58,827 bases of DNA, from IMG/VR virus record IMGVR_UViG_3300021500_000001, positions 1 through 58,827 of that record; one strand, 5' to 3'. This DNA comes from a virus. Its lineage: Duplodnaviria > Caudoviricetes. The position numbers were made by a program, and so were the translations under genes. Positions 27,170-36,450 of this stretch are shown here, piece by piece. Under the pieces are notes generated by a model. The model searched no databases. It worked only from the letters and a program-made list of their open reading frames with translations, and was not told the DNA's origin. Each line of letters begins with the position of its first letter. Position 1 is the first letter of the stretch.

Positions 27170-27556
27170 ATGAAAAATATAATCACTAATTGTGTGGCGC
27201 TAAATGCTGGAAATATTTTGTATATTCCTGTGCCGTGCCGTGGAAATGTGGTTTCAGTGAAGGCGACATCAGGGGCCACCTTAGTTGCCACTAAAACGAT
27301 TACAGTTGCCCGTGGTGGGGATGCCGTCAATACAGCAACGGCTCCAACCGGGGGCACCGCCGCCGGGACTATTCTTGAAGGTGTGCCGGACAGCACGAAC
27401 AAAGCCTTGATCTTTGATCCTGATTCATCTGATGCAACACATAAAGTGCTTAAAGTTTCTTTTGAGGCTGCTCTTTTAGCCTCTGATGGAAATATTACAC
27501 TTACCATCGAATATGATGACAGCGCTTACGTAAAGCAGAGCGCCTCAGAAGCATAG
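27170..27556 (+). CDS. Putative capsid decoration protein
   Basis: Small beta-rich, Ala/Thr-rich protein after the MCP. Confidence 0.55.
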   Translation: MKNIITNCVALNAGNILYIPVPCRGNVVSVKATSGATLVATKTITVARGGDAVNTATAPTGGTAAGTILEGVPDSTNKALIFDPDSSDATHKVLKVSFEAALLASDGNITLTIEYDDSAYVKQSASEA

Positions 27557-27602
27557 TAAAATGATAAGGTTTCCCTTTTTGTGAAGCAATATTAAAGAGG
27601 GT

Positions 27603-27638
27603 GCACCCCGTCAAGCAGAGACGGGGTGCTATTTTTTT
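27603..27638 (+). terminator. Intrinsic terminator
   Basis: GCACCCCGTC..GACGGGGTGC followed by 7 Ts. Confidence 0.85.
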
Positions 27639-27666
27639 ATATATTAAATTTTGAGAAGAAGCCAAA

Positions 27667-27897
27667 ATGAAAAAATATTTTTTAAATCTTCTTATTAGTA
27701 TAGACCAACTATTTAATACAATTCTTGGTGGCTACCCCGATGAGACAATAAGTTCTCGTTTAGGAAAACTAAAGCGAAAGCACGGTGGCACTATACCTTG
27801 GTATCATCCATTTGCGAAAGTAATAGATTGGGGGCTTGATCAGATAGACACTAATCATAGTATAGATGCCATAGAAGAAGATGAAGGGGAACTGTAA
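27667..27897 (+). CDS. Conserved small phage protein
   Basis: N.LISIDQL.NTILGG.PDETISSR.G motif. Confidence 0.75.
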   Translation: MKKYFLNLLISIDQLFNTILGGYPDETISSRLGKLKRKHGGTIPWYHPFAKVIDWGLDQIDTNHSIDAIEEDEGEL

Positions 27898-27968
27898 GAT
27901 GTGGGGCTCTATACAAGGTTCGAACAAAGCAGATCAAATTTAACGTATAGATTGACAACTTAAAAAAT

Positions 27969-28670
27969 ATGGCAACTTTAACTAAACTTACAGCAGCAAT
28001 ACAAAATATCATTCAGGACGATTCTTATACTGACTTAACTGATCGGATAAACGATGCTGTCAATAATATAGCCGGTGGGATTCGGATGCCGAACGGGACA
28101 ACGTCTCCTCCTTTGCCTGATTTGTATTCAACCGCTATCGTTTCAACTACTACTGATGCTTATGCGGACCTTCCTACTGACTATCAGCGTAGTCTTTTCT
28201 ATGTAGTAGACTCCGTGGGAGATCGTATATTGCCACCTGATGGCGGCAACTATTACAGTTTTATGTTGTTCTTAAACCATTGTTTCAAGAGGGATTTAAC
28301 TGAAACAGGATCAGTAACGAGCGTTTGCGTAAAAGGTAGGAAACTTTATTATCAAGGTATACCAAGCGAAGCAGAGGATCTTCTTATATCGTACTACCGG
28401 AAACCGGTAGAGATGGTGAATAACACTGATGAACCGGACGGGATACCCGACCATTTGCAAGTTCGTCTTATTAAGCATTATGTGTGTAAGGAAATCTTCG
28501 GGGAGGGCCTGGAGGATGGGGCCGAGGCCCATGGTGTAGGAACAAGATATCATACCGATAAATTTTACGAAGCCATGATTGACTTAATAGATTTTATCGG
28601 AGTGGATGCTGAGCCTGAGTACTATGCCAGTAGCTCACTTTGTGATGTGAATTGCGTCATAGGATATTAA
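27969..28670 (+). CDS. Head-tail adaptor protein
   Basis: M.TL..L...I..IN.A, LP.DY, YYRKP..M...DEP..IP pattern; position in the gene order. Confidence 0.7.
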   Translation: MATLTKLTAAIQNIIQDDSYTDLTDRINDAVNNIAGGIRMPNGTTSPPLPDLYSTAIVSTTTDAYADLPTDYQRSLFYVVDSVGDRILPPDGGNYYSFMLFLNHCFKRDLTETGSVTSVCVKGRKLYYQGIPSEAEDLLISYYRKPVEMVNNTDEPDGIPDHLQVRLIKHYVCKEIFGEGLEDGAEAHGVGTRYHTDKFYEAMIDLIDFIGVDAEPEYYASSSLCDVNCVIGY

Positions 28671-28672
28671 TA

Positions 28673-28831
28673 ATGGCTAAAAAAACATTAGCAGAAAAAC
28701 TCAGAAGGAAACTTCAGGAATATATATTACCTGAAAAGAAAGAAAAAAAGGTATTCAAAGGTAACCTTCAGGGCGCTACATCAAAGATAAATAGACGCAG
28801 AAAATTATTAGAGGAATCCCTAAAATATTAA
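28673..28831 (+). CDS. Small basic protein (52 aa)
   Basis: Translated by hand; fills the gap exactly and overlaps the next ATG. Confidence 0.55.
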   Translation: MAKKTLAEKLRRKLQEYILPEKKEKKVFKGNLQGATSKINRRRKLLEESLKY

Positions 28832-29742
28832 TGGCAAAGACTTTACCATATTTAAGATCATCGACCGGTCTTAATACAGTCGATGACCCGACAAGGATAA
28901 GATATAAATCTAAGTCCGGGATTTCTGATCTTGCGGTAGCTGTCAATGTTATGATTTCTCCATCAGGGAGAATTAATAGGCGCACAGGCAAGACTTTAAA
29001 AGTGCCTCTGGACGCACATAGTCTTTTTTGTGATGGAGGGGAATGCGTTTTTGTCCATGACGCCGGACTTTATTTGCTTGAGACAAATTTTTCTTATCGG
29101 CTTTTGCGGTCTCTTTCTTCCAATAATCTTATGGCTTACGCTCAAGTCGGTGACCGGATTTATTTTACAAATAATCAAACGTTGGGCTATGTAGAGAACG
29201 GTATTGCCTGTACTTGGGCAAAGACCAGGGATTATGTCGGGCCTGTTACACAGAGAATTTTTACAGGTCCTTTCCCGGGGAATCACCTTGCCTACCATGG
29301 TGGGCGAATATATATCTCCAAGGGGAATATATTATGGTATTCGGAATATGGTGCACTGGATTGGTACGATATGGCCCGCAATTTTTTTCTGTTTAATACG
29401 CATATCCGAATGATAAAGCCTATGACGTATGGCCTTTTTGTATCTACCGAAAAGGCAATATATTTTTTAAAAGGGCTGGTCCCCGGAGATATGGTGCAGA
29501 GTAAATTAACAACCTATCCTGCCCTGGAGTGGTCTGATGCGATAGATTATGTGGATGGTACAGACATACCTGAGTTTGAAATAAGTGGTCCTTGCGCTTT
29601 ATGGATCACCAGGGAAGGGGCAATGCTTGGGACACAGGAGGGTGGCGTAATAAATCTTAATAAAAAGAAAGTAGTTTATCCTCAAGGGACAAAAGGAAGA
29701 TCTTTGTTGAGGGGATTAAATTTTATTCATACCATAGAATAA
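28831..29742 (+). CDS. Tail nozzle / tubular-protein-like beta-propeller protein
   Basis: GLN..DDP..AVNV.IS.SG.I.RR.G N-terminus typical of podovirus tail proteins. Confidence 0.6.
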   Translation: MAKTLPYLRSSTGLNTVDDPTRIRYKSKSGISDLAVAVNVMISPSGRINRRTGKTLKVPLDAHSLFCDGGECVFVHDAGLYLLETNFSYRLLRSLSSNNLMAYAQVGDRIYFTNNQTLGYVENGIACTWAKTRDYVGPVTQRIFTGPFPGNHLAYHGGRIYISKGNILWYSEYGALDWYDMARNFFLFNTHIRMIKPMTYGLFVSTEKAIYFLKGLVPGDMVQSKLTTYPALEWSDAIDYVDGTDIPEFEISGPCALWITREGAMLGTQEGGVINLNKKKVVYPQGTKGRSLLRGLNFIHTIE

Positions 29743-29754
29743 AGGAGTAAAATT

Positions 29755-30468
29755 ATGGCTTTTAGATTTTCAACCAAAGTACGAAATGATATGTTGGGCT
29801 TGAAGGCTACATGCAATCAGCTTGTTACAGGGACAGATATTGCTATCGTTGATGGTGGCACAGGGAATGATACTATTACCCAAGTATCAAATGGTCTTGG
29901 CGGGTTTGAGGTCGGAGATAAGGTTACTATTCAGGGTTCTGCTGCCGATGATGGTTCTTATGAAATTCTGGCAGTTGCCGATGGGCAACTTGATATCCCC
30001 ACAGGAAGCATCACCGGTGAAGGGGCTGGTAGCCAGATAATTCTTGGTTCTGCCAGGGGCGGGGCTTTAATCGACCAGTTCCGTAACATGACTATGAAGA
30101 TTTTCACCGGTTCACAGCCAACTTCGGCAGACGATGCCGAGTCCGGGTCTGAACTTATTCAGATCACAGAAAGCAGTGGTGCCTTTACAGGTGGCTCTGC
30201 CACGAACGGTATCAACTTCGGGCAGGTAGCGGATGCCGAACTTCATGCTGCCTCCGGCGAAGTATGGTCCGGTGTGGCCACGGCCACCGGTACAGCCGGT
30301 TGGTTCAGAATTTATGATAATGCTGCTGCCGGTGGAGCAGATGACCAGGTTATTGACGGCGCTATTGCGACATCCGGTTCACAGATGAATATGGCAAATA
30401 CATCTATCACATCGGGAGGAACCACTACTATAGATGAGGTTAATATCCCGATGGCTGAAAGTGTGTAA
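29755..30468 (+). CDS. Virion structural (tail) protein
   Basis: IFTGSQPTSAD..GTAGWFR..IDG pattern. Confidence 0.65.
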   Translation: MAFRFSTKVRNDMLGLKATCNQLVTGTDIAIVDGGTGNDTITQVSNGLGGFEVGDKVTIQGSAADDGSYEILAVADGQLDIPTGSITGEGAGSQIILGSARGGALIDQFRNMTMKIFTGSQPTSADDAESGSELIQITESSGAFTGGSATNGINFGQVADAELHAASGEVWSGVATATGTAGWFRIYDNAAAGGADDQVIDGAIATSGSQMNMANTSITSGGTTTIDEVNIPMAESV

Positions 30469-30480
30469 AGGGGGCATGAT

Positions 30481-31059
30481 ATGGCTGAACCGACGACAAG
30501 GTTTAGATTGATACCACAAAGTACAGCGGTGGCAGATATTGATACTGCTGCTGAGAGGCTGGCAGCGATATCGGGCCAAAGTGTCGTCTCGACAGGGGAG
30601 GGAAACGAAGCTGACTTTGGAACAGTGGATATTTCCGGGGGGGCTGCAAATTCTTCGGTCCTTACTCTTTTGTGGGACGTAACGGCTGACGGTGGGAATA
30701 CCTTAGCTGAGACTTTTAAGCTTTGGATGTCCAGTAACGGGTTTGACCAGGCGGGGAGTGTCTGTAAAGTGCAGCCGTTATCCGGCGGTGATAATGCAAC
30801 TCCATCGTCAACAGAGAATTATGTGGCTAATGCAACTACTGCAAGCTACACTTGGGCTACCATGGATGAATCAGAGCCAGGGGCAATTAATGTATGGCCC
30901 ACCGACGAAGGATCAAGCATGGTATTATCCACCACGTCTGATGATGTCGTCATGTGGGCTATGTATCTTGCTATTGCTGCAGGAGAAACTACCGGGACTT
31001 ACAAAGGGACGGATGCCGGGTACGAGCTCCAATATAGTTTTAAATTTTCCTATAGCTAA
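30481..31059 (+). CDS. Virion structural protein
   Basis: Thr/Ser/Gly-rich beta protein in the tail cluster. Confidence 0.6.
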   Translation: MAEPTTRFRLIPQSTAVADIDTAAERLAAISGQSVVSTGEGNEADFGTVDISGGAANSSVLTLLWDVTADGGNTLAETFKLWMSSNGFDQAGSVCKVQPLSGGDNATPSSTENYVANATTASYTWATMDESEPGAINVWPTDEGSSMVLSTTSDDVVMWAMYLAIAAGETTGTYKGTDAGYELQYSFKFSYS

Positions 31060-31080
31060 GCACAGCAAAGGAAACAGGGA

Positions 31081-31500
31081 ATGAAATATTTACACCTTGA
31101 TTCGGAATACCGGGATCGCTGGGTAGAGTTTCATCTAGCCAACGGCACGGTTGAAGATTCTCGTTCGAAGAACTGGCGACAGGTAGCATGGGATCAGGTT
31201 ATTCGTATAGTTTGCCACATGGTAGGCAAGGTCCATCAAGTTGATTGCAAAGGCCCTGGGTTCAGGGCCTTTTTAAATTTTCGCTGGGGAGGTAGGGAAG
31301 CTACCTTTGACAAACAAGGGAAATATGCAGGGCATAGAGAAATCAAGATATGGACCATTGGCTGGACTGATGGCCGATATTGTTTTTTGAAGGACATTGA
31401 TTTCTATACAGGGAGATACGTTAAAGGTTATATTGCTCCCCTTTCTCAGTTCATGGGTCATATTCATCCACTTGTCAGAGATAAGGTTTTAGGGTTGTAA
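31081..31500 (+). CDS. Hypothetical protein
   Basis: Operonic ORF. Confidence 0.6.
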   Translation: MKYLHLDSEYRDRWVEFHLANGTVEDSRSKNWRQVAWDQVIRIVCHMVGKVHQVDCKGPGFRAFLNFRWGGREATFDKQGKYAGHREIKIWTIGWTDGRYCFLKDIDFYTGRYVKGYIAPLSQFMGHIHPLVRDKVLGL

Positions 31501-31501
31501 T

Positions 31502-33526
31502 ATGGGCTGGTTGTCTGGATGGGATAAAAGAATAAAACTTACCATCGACTCTTCTAAAGTTGATACCGCAAATCTGACTAATTTTCCAGTTCTAATTCAT
31601 TTGTCTAGCACTTCAGGTATTACTTCTGCGGATGTTTCCTGTGTTTTTGATGAGTTAACTTCCGATGCAAACAGAAAAAAGATAGCTGTAACTACTTCTG
31701 ACGGGGAGACACAGTGTTATGTTGAGATAGAGAGATGGGATGATGCCAGTGAAAAAGCCTGGCTTTGGGTTAAGGTTCCTTCAGTAGCTTACAATTCAGA
31801 CACCGAATTATACCTTTATTATGATAAAGACCACGCCGATAATACTACCTACATAGGTGATACTGGCTCAACTCCTGCCCAAAACGTTTGGGATTCAAAT
31901 TTCATTCTTGTCCATCATATGAGCCAAGACCCGTCAGGTGGATCGGGTTGCATGAAGGATTCCACTTCAAATGAATTCAACGGCACTCCAGGATCAGCAC
32001 TTACATCTGGAAGATTGGTAGATGCGTTAATTGGTAAGGGCATTCAATTTGAAGATGGAACTCAAACAGATACTAATGACTATATAGATGTAAGTGATCT
32101 TGCCGCATTAGACAATTTATCCAATATAACTGTTGAGGTTAGTTACAAACAAGAATACCCAGCTAATTCATCCCCCGCCTACGAACAAACATTAGTAAGC
32201 AAACGATATGACGGATCAAATCATAGCTTTAGGGTCTATATAAGCGCAAGTAGCAACAAAATATTTTTTGCCTTAGCTACTGATGATACAGATACAGATA
32301 GTCCTGCGGGAACAAACGATGCTATTGTCGTAGACACTAATTACTGTTTTGCTGGAAGGTGGAAATCTTCTTATGATAAAATTGAATGCTTTTTAGATGG
32401 AATTAAACAATCATCAGAGATAGACAGAATTGGCGATACAGTTAGAAACAATACAGCAAAATTTGTAATTGGCGGGGAAGACTATGCAGGTACTATGATG
32501 CGTCCTGCTGATGGTATTATTGATGAAGTTAGGATATCAAATGCAGGGAGGGCTGATGAGTGGATTAAAGCAACAACTTATTCTAATAAGGATAACTTAG
32601 TAACATTTGGGTCAGAAGAAGCATTTTTAACCAATTTCTTTGACGGCAAAATTAGAATAAAAAACGTAGCAACCAATCTTCTTGATGGCAAAGCATTTAT
32701 TGATACTTTCGATATCGATCTTCTCGATGGCAAGGCTAGAATAAAAAATATAGATACCAACCTATTAGATGGGAAAGTAATAGTAAAAAGTGCAGCAACC
32801 AATCTTCTTGATGGCAAAACAGGTATTAAGCATTTAACCACCAACCTTTTAGATGGTAAGACATATATTACATATACAGGACAGATAAATGGTTACTGCC
32901 CAACCCCGACCTGCGAGATGTCGGCTGTTTTCAGATATGCTCGCATTGATGCTTCTCCACCGGTTCCTACTGCAAGTTTTAGAATCGGTAGGATAATAGA
33001 AGGCGATTGTCCAGTCCCCGAATTTACATGTATAGCTTACAGCGGCAGAAATCCTTCAATTATAGCCAACGCTCCGTGCCCGACCTGCTCAATGCGGATC
33101 GGTCTTAGTTTTAGCGGAGACGTTCCTGTTCCAACCTGTGATATAGTAGCTGATACTCACCATCTTGCCACTATATATGGTTGGGCACCAACTCCCCTGT
33201 TTACCTGTATAGGTGACACAGAGAATATCACAGTTATATCCGGTACAGTTCCAACCCCTACAGGATTATTTGAAGCTACTGTTGGCAACGTAGCCTCTAT
33301 CCTCGGGAGAGTGCCTTGCCCATATTGTACCATGGTGGCTTTGACAGGACAGGTTGTCACTTTGTCCGGTAGAGTGCCGGTACCTGGTTCCCTTGTTCGT
33401 TTTTATGCGTCGCTGGCAAACGATACCATAATACTTACAGGCACGGTTCCGACTCCTACTATGACATCAAGCGTTGATTGCTTCACAAGTTCGATATTGA
33501 GGCATGTGAGGGGGAAAATACGATAA
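31502..33526 (+). CDS. Tail/receptor-binding protein: DUF2341 + LamG (ConA-like) + repeat stalk
   Basis: W..RIKLTID..LTNFPVLI, EIERWD..WVKVP and G.IDEVRISN motifs; six 14-aa (N/D)xxDGK repeats; Pro-rich repeats. Confidence 0.8.
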   Translation: MGWLSGWDKRIKLTIDSSKVDTANLTNFPVLIHLSSTSGITSADVSCVFDELTSDANRKKIAVTTSDGETQCYVEIERWDDASEKAWLWVKVPSVAYNSDTELYLYYDKDHADNTTYIGDTGSTPAQNVWDSNFILVHHMSQDPSGGSGCMKDSTSNEFNGTPGSALTSGRLVDALIGKGIQFEDGTQTDTNDYIDVSDLAALDNLSNITVEVSYKQEYPANSSPAYEQTLVSKRYDGSNHSFRVYISASSNKIFFALATDDTDTDSPAGTNDAIVVDTNYCFAGRWKSSYDKIECFLDGIKQSSEIDRIGDTVRNNTAKFVIGGEDYAGTMMRPADGIIDEVRISNAGRADEWIKATTYSNKDNLVTFGSEEAFLTNFFDGKIRIKNVATNLLDGKAFIDTFDIDLLDGKARIKNIDTNLLDGKVIVKSAATNLLDGKTGIKHLTTNLLDGKTYITYTGQINGYCPTPTCEMSAVFRYARIDASPPVPTASFRIGRIIEGDCPVPEFTCIAYSGRNPSIIANAPCPTCSMRIGLSFSGDVPVPTCDIVADTHHLATIYGWAPTPLFTCIGDTENITVISGTVPTPTGLFEATVGNVASILGRVPCPYCTMVALTGQVVTLSGRVPVPGSLVRFYASLANDTIILTGTVPTPTMTSSVDCFTSSILRHVRGKIR

Positions 33527-34059
33527 TGGCTGATATAAACGGATACGCTCCTACCCCAACAGCAGATATTACGGCCTCTTTCGTGCCATATAGCTCTTGT
33601 ATGTTTGTCCTGGATCATACTTTACAGGCAGGGGCTACAACTCAGTACATTAATTACGATTTCAATTCTATGGTGAAATTCGGGGATATTTACCTTGGAG
33701 CGTCTGCCGATGGTATATATGAGCTTGGCGGCGACACAGACGATGGTGATGCTATAGGAGCCTATTTTGAACCGGTAGTAACGGATTTTGGAATCAATAA
33801 TCCTAAAAAGGTACGGTTCATATTTTTAGGATATGAGGCTGATGGAGACCTTATAGTAACTCTCGGGGATAACCGTTCGTGGGTATCCAGGACTGTAGAC
33901 TCGGTAAGGACCGATCAACAATGGAGAAGGATAACGGGAACCAGGGAGATAAGGGGAAGATACCTTACCTTTCAGATATCTAATGTAGATGGCTGTGACT
34001 TTGGCATTGACTCTATTGATGTTGCTCTGGTTATAATGCCGAGAGGTTTTAAGGTATGA
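33526..34059 (+). CDS. Tail structural protein
   Basis: TQY.NYDFNS..G..DGIY.L.G..DDG..I, TDFG and RGRY patterns. Confidence 0.6.
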   Translation: MADINGYAPTPTADITASFVPYSSCMFVLDHTLQAGATTQYINYDFNSMVKFGDIYLGASADGIYELGGDTDDGDAIGAYFEPVVTDFGINNPKKVRFIFLGYEADGDLIVTLGDNRSWVSRTVDSVRTDQQWRRITGTREIRGRYLTFQISNVDGCDFGIDSIDVALVIMPRGFKV

Positions 34060-36359
34060 TAACCTTACCTTGCAAAATAACTCTCTTGGGCGATAAGGAA
34101 AGAGCCAGAGATTTTATAGGCGCTGCTCAGAGCCAGATGAGAATACTTGAAAATCAGATGAGTTTTCAAAATTTAAAGCAGGGCGCAAGAAGAGTGAGGC
34201 TTAATCCGAGGGTGACAATTAGTGCCTTGGCTTGCTTTAGTCTCAGAGAAGTTATCATTGAGTGCATTCCTCGCAAGGTTAAAAAAGCAGAAAAAAGGAA
34301 ATTGAAGTTAATTCCGAGGTTCTTCGCTTATATTGTTAAGGTTGATCCGATTACGGAAGTACAGACCAGGGAATATAAGTGGATATATTTTAATAATAAA
34401 GAAGACTCGGTTGATTTAAATGAGTTAGAGAGACACTGGTCAAGGTTTGATTTAAACGATACCTACGAATTTCTTATAAGGAAAACGACAAATTCACATC
34501 TTGAAATGATGAGAAATACTCCTATTGGAGTCCCGGAAACATCTATATATAAACATCCCCATAAACATACCAAAGCATTTATGATGGATGGGAGGACTAC
34601 GGAAGAAAGGGAAGCCGATAAAGACGAAGAGGGCAATATTATAGAAAGACCTGAGCGTTGGGTAGCGGCTGCACACATGCTTACCAAGAATAGAAATATA
34701 ATGTTTATGCCACTTCATGCGTATGTTGCAGAGGATGGTACTCAGCATCCTACAGTACCCGGTGATTATTTTTGTGATATACTTGATACAAGTAAATGGC
34801 CTATGTACCCATTACCTTTTCCAGACTCATTATGGGCGGAACATAATAATATATTATCAACCGGATTAAAATTTCCCGTTCCTCCAAGACATTTTTACGC
34901 CGATGTCGAAAAAGGAATTATGGCCTGGTATAGTACAAATATAGATTGTTGCTGTGATATGTTAGACTTTATAGGTGGCATAGTTTATGATATAAGAAAT
35001 GAAGCCTTCTACGATTTTCTGGTATATCCTGATGAAGCTAATGGAAAAGGTTATGAAACTTGTTGGGCGCTTTATTATGGACATTCAGAACTACCTCAGA
35101 ATTTAATGTCTGACATACAAAGTCTAGATCAGGATAAAGTAGTAATTGCAATGAGTTGGAATAAAAGACCAATTCAATATACTTATGATTTAAAAAATGA
35201 TACAATAGCAACAGCAGAAATAACATCATGTACCAGAGTTAGATGGACTAAAGAGGATACAGGATTTGAACATGAACTATTGACGGAATGGACTCAATTT
35301 TATGAAGATCCTCCAGCGGTATATCAGGAAGATTCTGTTCCATCAATATATATTGATGATGACTATGCTCCATGTGGAGAATCTGGTTTTTTAGATGGTA
35401 GTGAATATAAATATGATGGTGGGGATATTACTGGATTTGTTGACCTATCTCATAGACACTCAGACCAAAGTTGGGATCTTTTAGGTACTGAAGTTAAGTT
35501 ATTAGTTGATGTAAGAAGTCAAAGTGTTAGCGAATATTGTTATAATTATGTAGCTTTCTGTGAAATTACCGGACCATTATACGATCATGGAATTGTTCAC
35601 AGAACATATTCAAAATGGAGAAGTGTCCAAGAGCAACTTTTCCAACAAGAAAGTGATGATTACAGAGGATGCTGGGTTTGTAATAATGCTCTTGATTTTA
35701 GATATAGGAAACATCGGCAGTATATTGACGGAGAGGCATGGACACATGCTTATCATTCTACGACATTAGGTTGGCGTCCAGGATATTTTCCTCAATGTAG
35801 TGGTTGCTCTTGTGATTCTACTCCAACCGAAGATGACTTTAATAGCAGATGTACTTGGGATAAGAATTTTCCGCCTTCATATATAGATGCGTCAGGATTT
35901 TCCTTCCCTTGTTTTTATACTATGGATGGAGATGAAATGAGGGGCGATGATTGGATAGCTATAGATTCTGATACAATTAGCTGTAAAAGTGATCGTTGGG
36001 AGTGGTTAAGAGAGTCGAACAAGGACGATTATCATTATTATGATAAAGATATTTTTAATATAGATGGGGAAATAGAGTTTTCTTACGACGATGTAGATCA
36101 TGTATATTATCTTGATGATAGAGCTACTGAGGACAATCAAGGACTTATTGCTGCAGGGAAAGGTGACTCAATCACAGAGCTTTATATTAATGATTGTACG
36201 GGAGTGACAGAATACAAGCCGGATTATTGGAAGATATACTGGAAAATACAGTGGGATGAAGAAGATACGGAAGATATGGAATATCTGGATATAACCGAGA
36301 AATTGTTAGAAGCTTTAGGTTGCGAGAACCACGAATTGATTGACCTTGGGCTTATATAG
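34056..36359 (+). CDS. Large tail-associated protein with acidic, Cys/aromatic-rich C-terminal region
   Basis: 767-aa ORF in the tail cluster. Confidence 0.6.
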   Translation: MITLPCKITLLGDKERARDFIGAAQSQMRILENQMSFQNLKQGARRVRLNPRVTISALACFSLREVIIECIPRKVKKAEKRKLKLIPRFFAYIVKVDPITEVQTREYKWIYFNNKEDSVDLNELERHWSRFDLNDTYEFLIRKTTNSHLEMMRNTPIGVPETSIYKHPHKHTKAFMMDGRTTEEREADKDEEGNIIERPERWVAAAHMLTKNRNIMFMPLHAYVAEDGTQHPTVPGDYFCDILDTSKWPMYPLPFPDSLWAEHNNILSTGLKFPVPPRHFYADVEKGIMAWYSTNIDCCCDMLDFIGGIVYDIRNEAFYDFLVYPDEANGKGYETCWALYYGHSELPQNLMSDIQSLDQDKVVIAMSWNKRPIQYTYDLKNDTIATAEITSCTRVRWTKEDTGFEHELLTEWTQFYEDPPAVYQEDSVPSIYIDDDYAPCGESGFLDGSEYKYDGGDITGFVDLSHRHSDQSWDLLGTEVKLLVDVRSQSVSEYCYNYVAFCEITGPLYDHGIVHRTYSKWRSVQEQLFQQESDDYRGCWVCNNALDFRYRKHRQYIDGEAWTHAYHSTTLGWRPGYFPQCSGCSCDSTPTEDDFNSRCTWDKNFPPSYIDASGFSFPCFYTMDGDEMRGDDWIAIDSDTISCKSDRWEWLRESNKDDYHYYDKDIFNIDGEIEFSYDDVDHVYYLDDRATEDNQGLIAAGKGDSITELYINDCTGVTEYKPDYWKIYWKIQWDEEDTEDMEYLDITEKLLEALGCENHELIDLGLI

Positions 36360-36450
36360 GGAGAATGCCAGGAGTAGCAATGGGTTAGGCGATCCCTTAT
36401 TGATATATCTTTACGAAAGACCCAATATGATAGAAAAGAGGTAAAACAAT

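Noticed and set aside
27900-27960. GGTTCGAA T-loop-like motif as a tRNA
   Set aside because: No acceptor, D or anticodon stems could be formed
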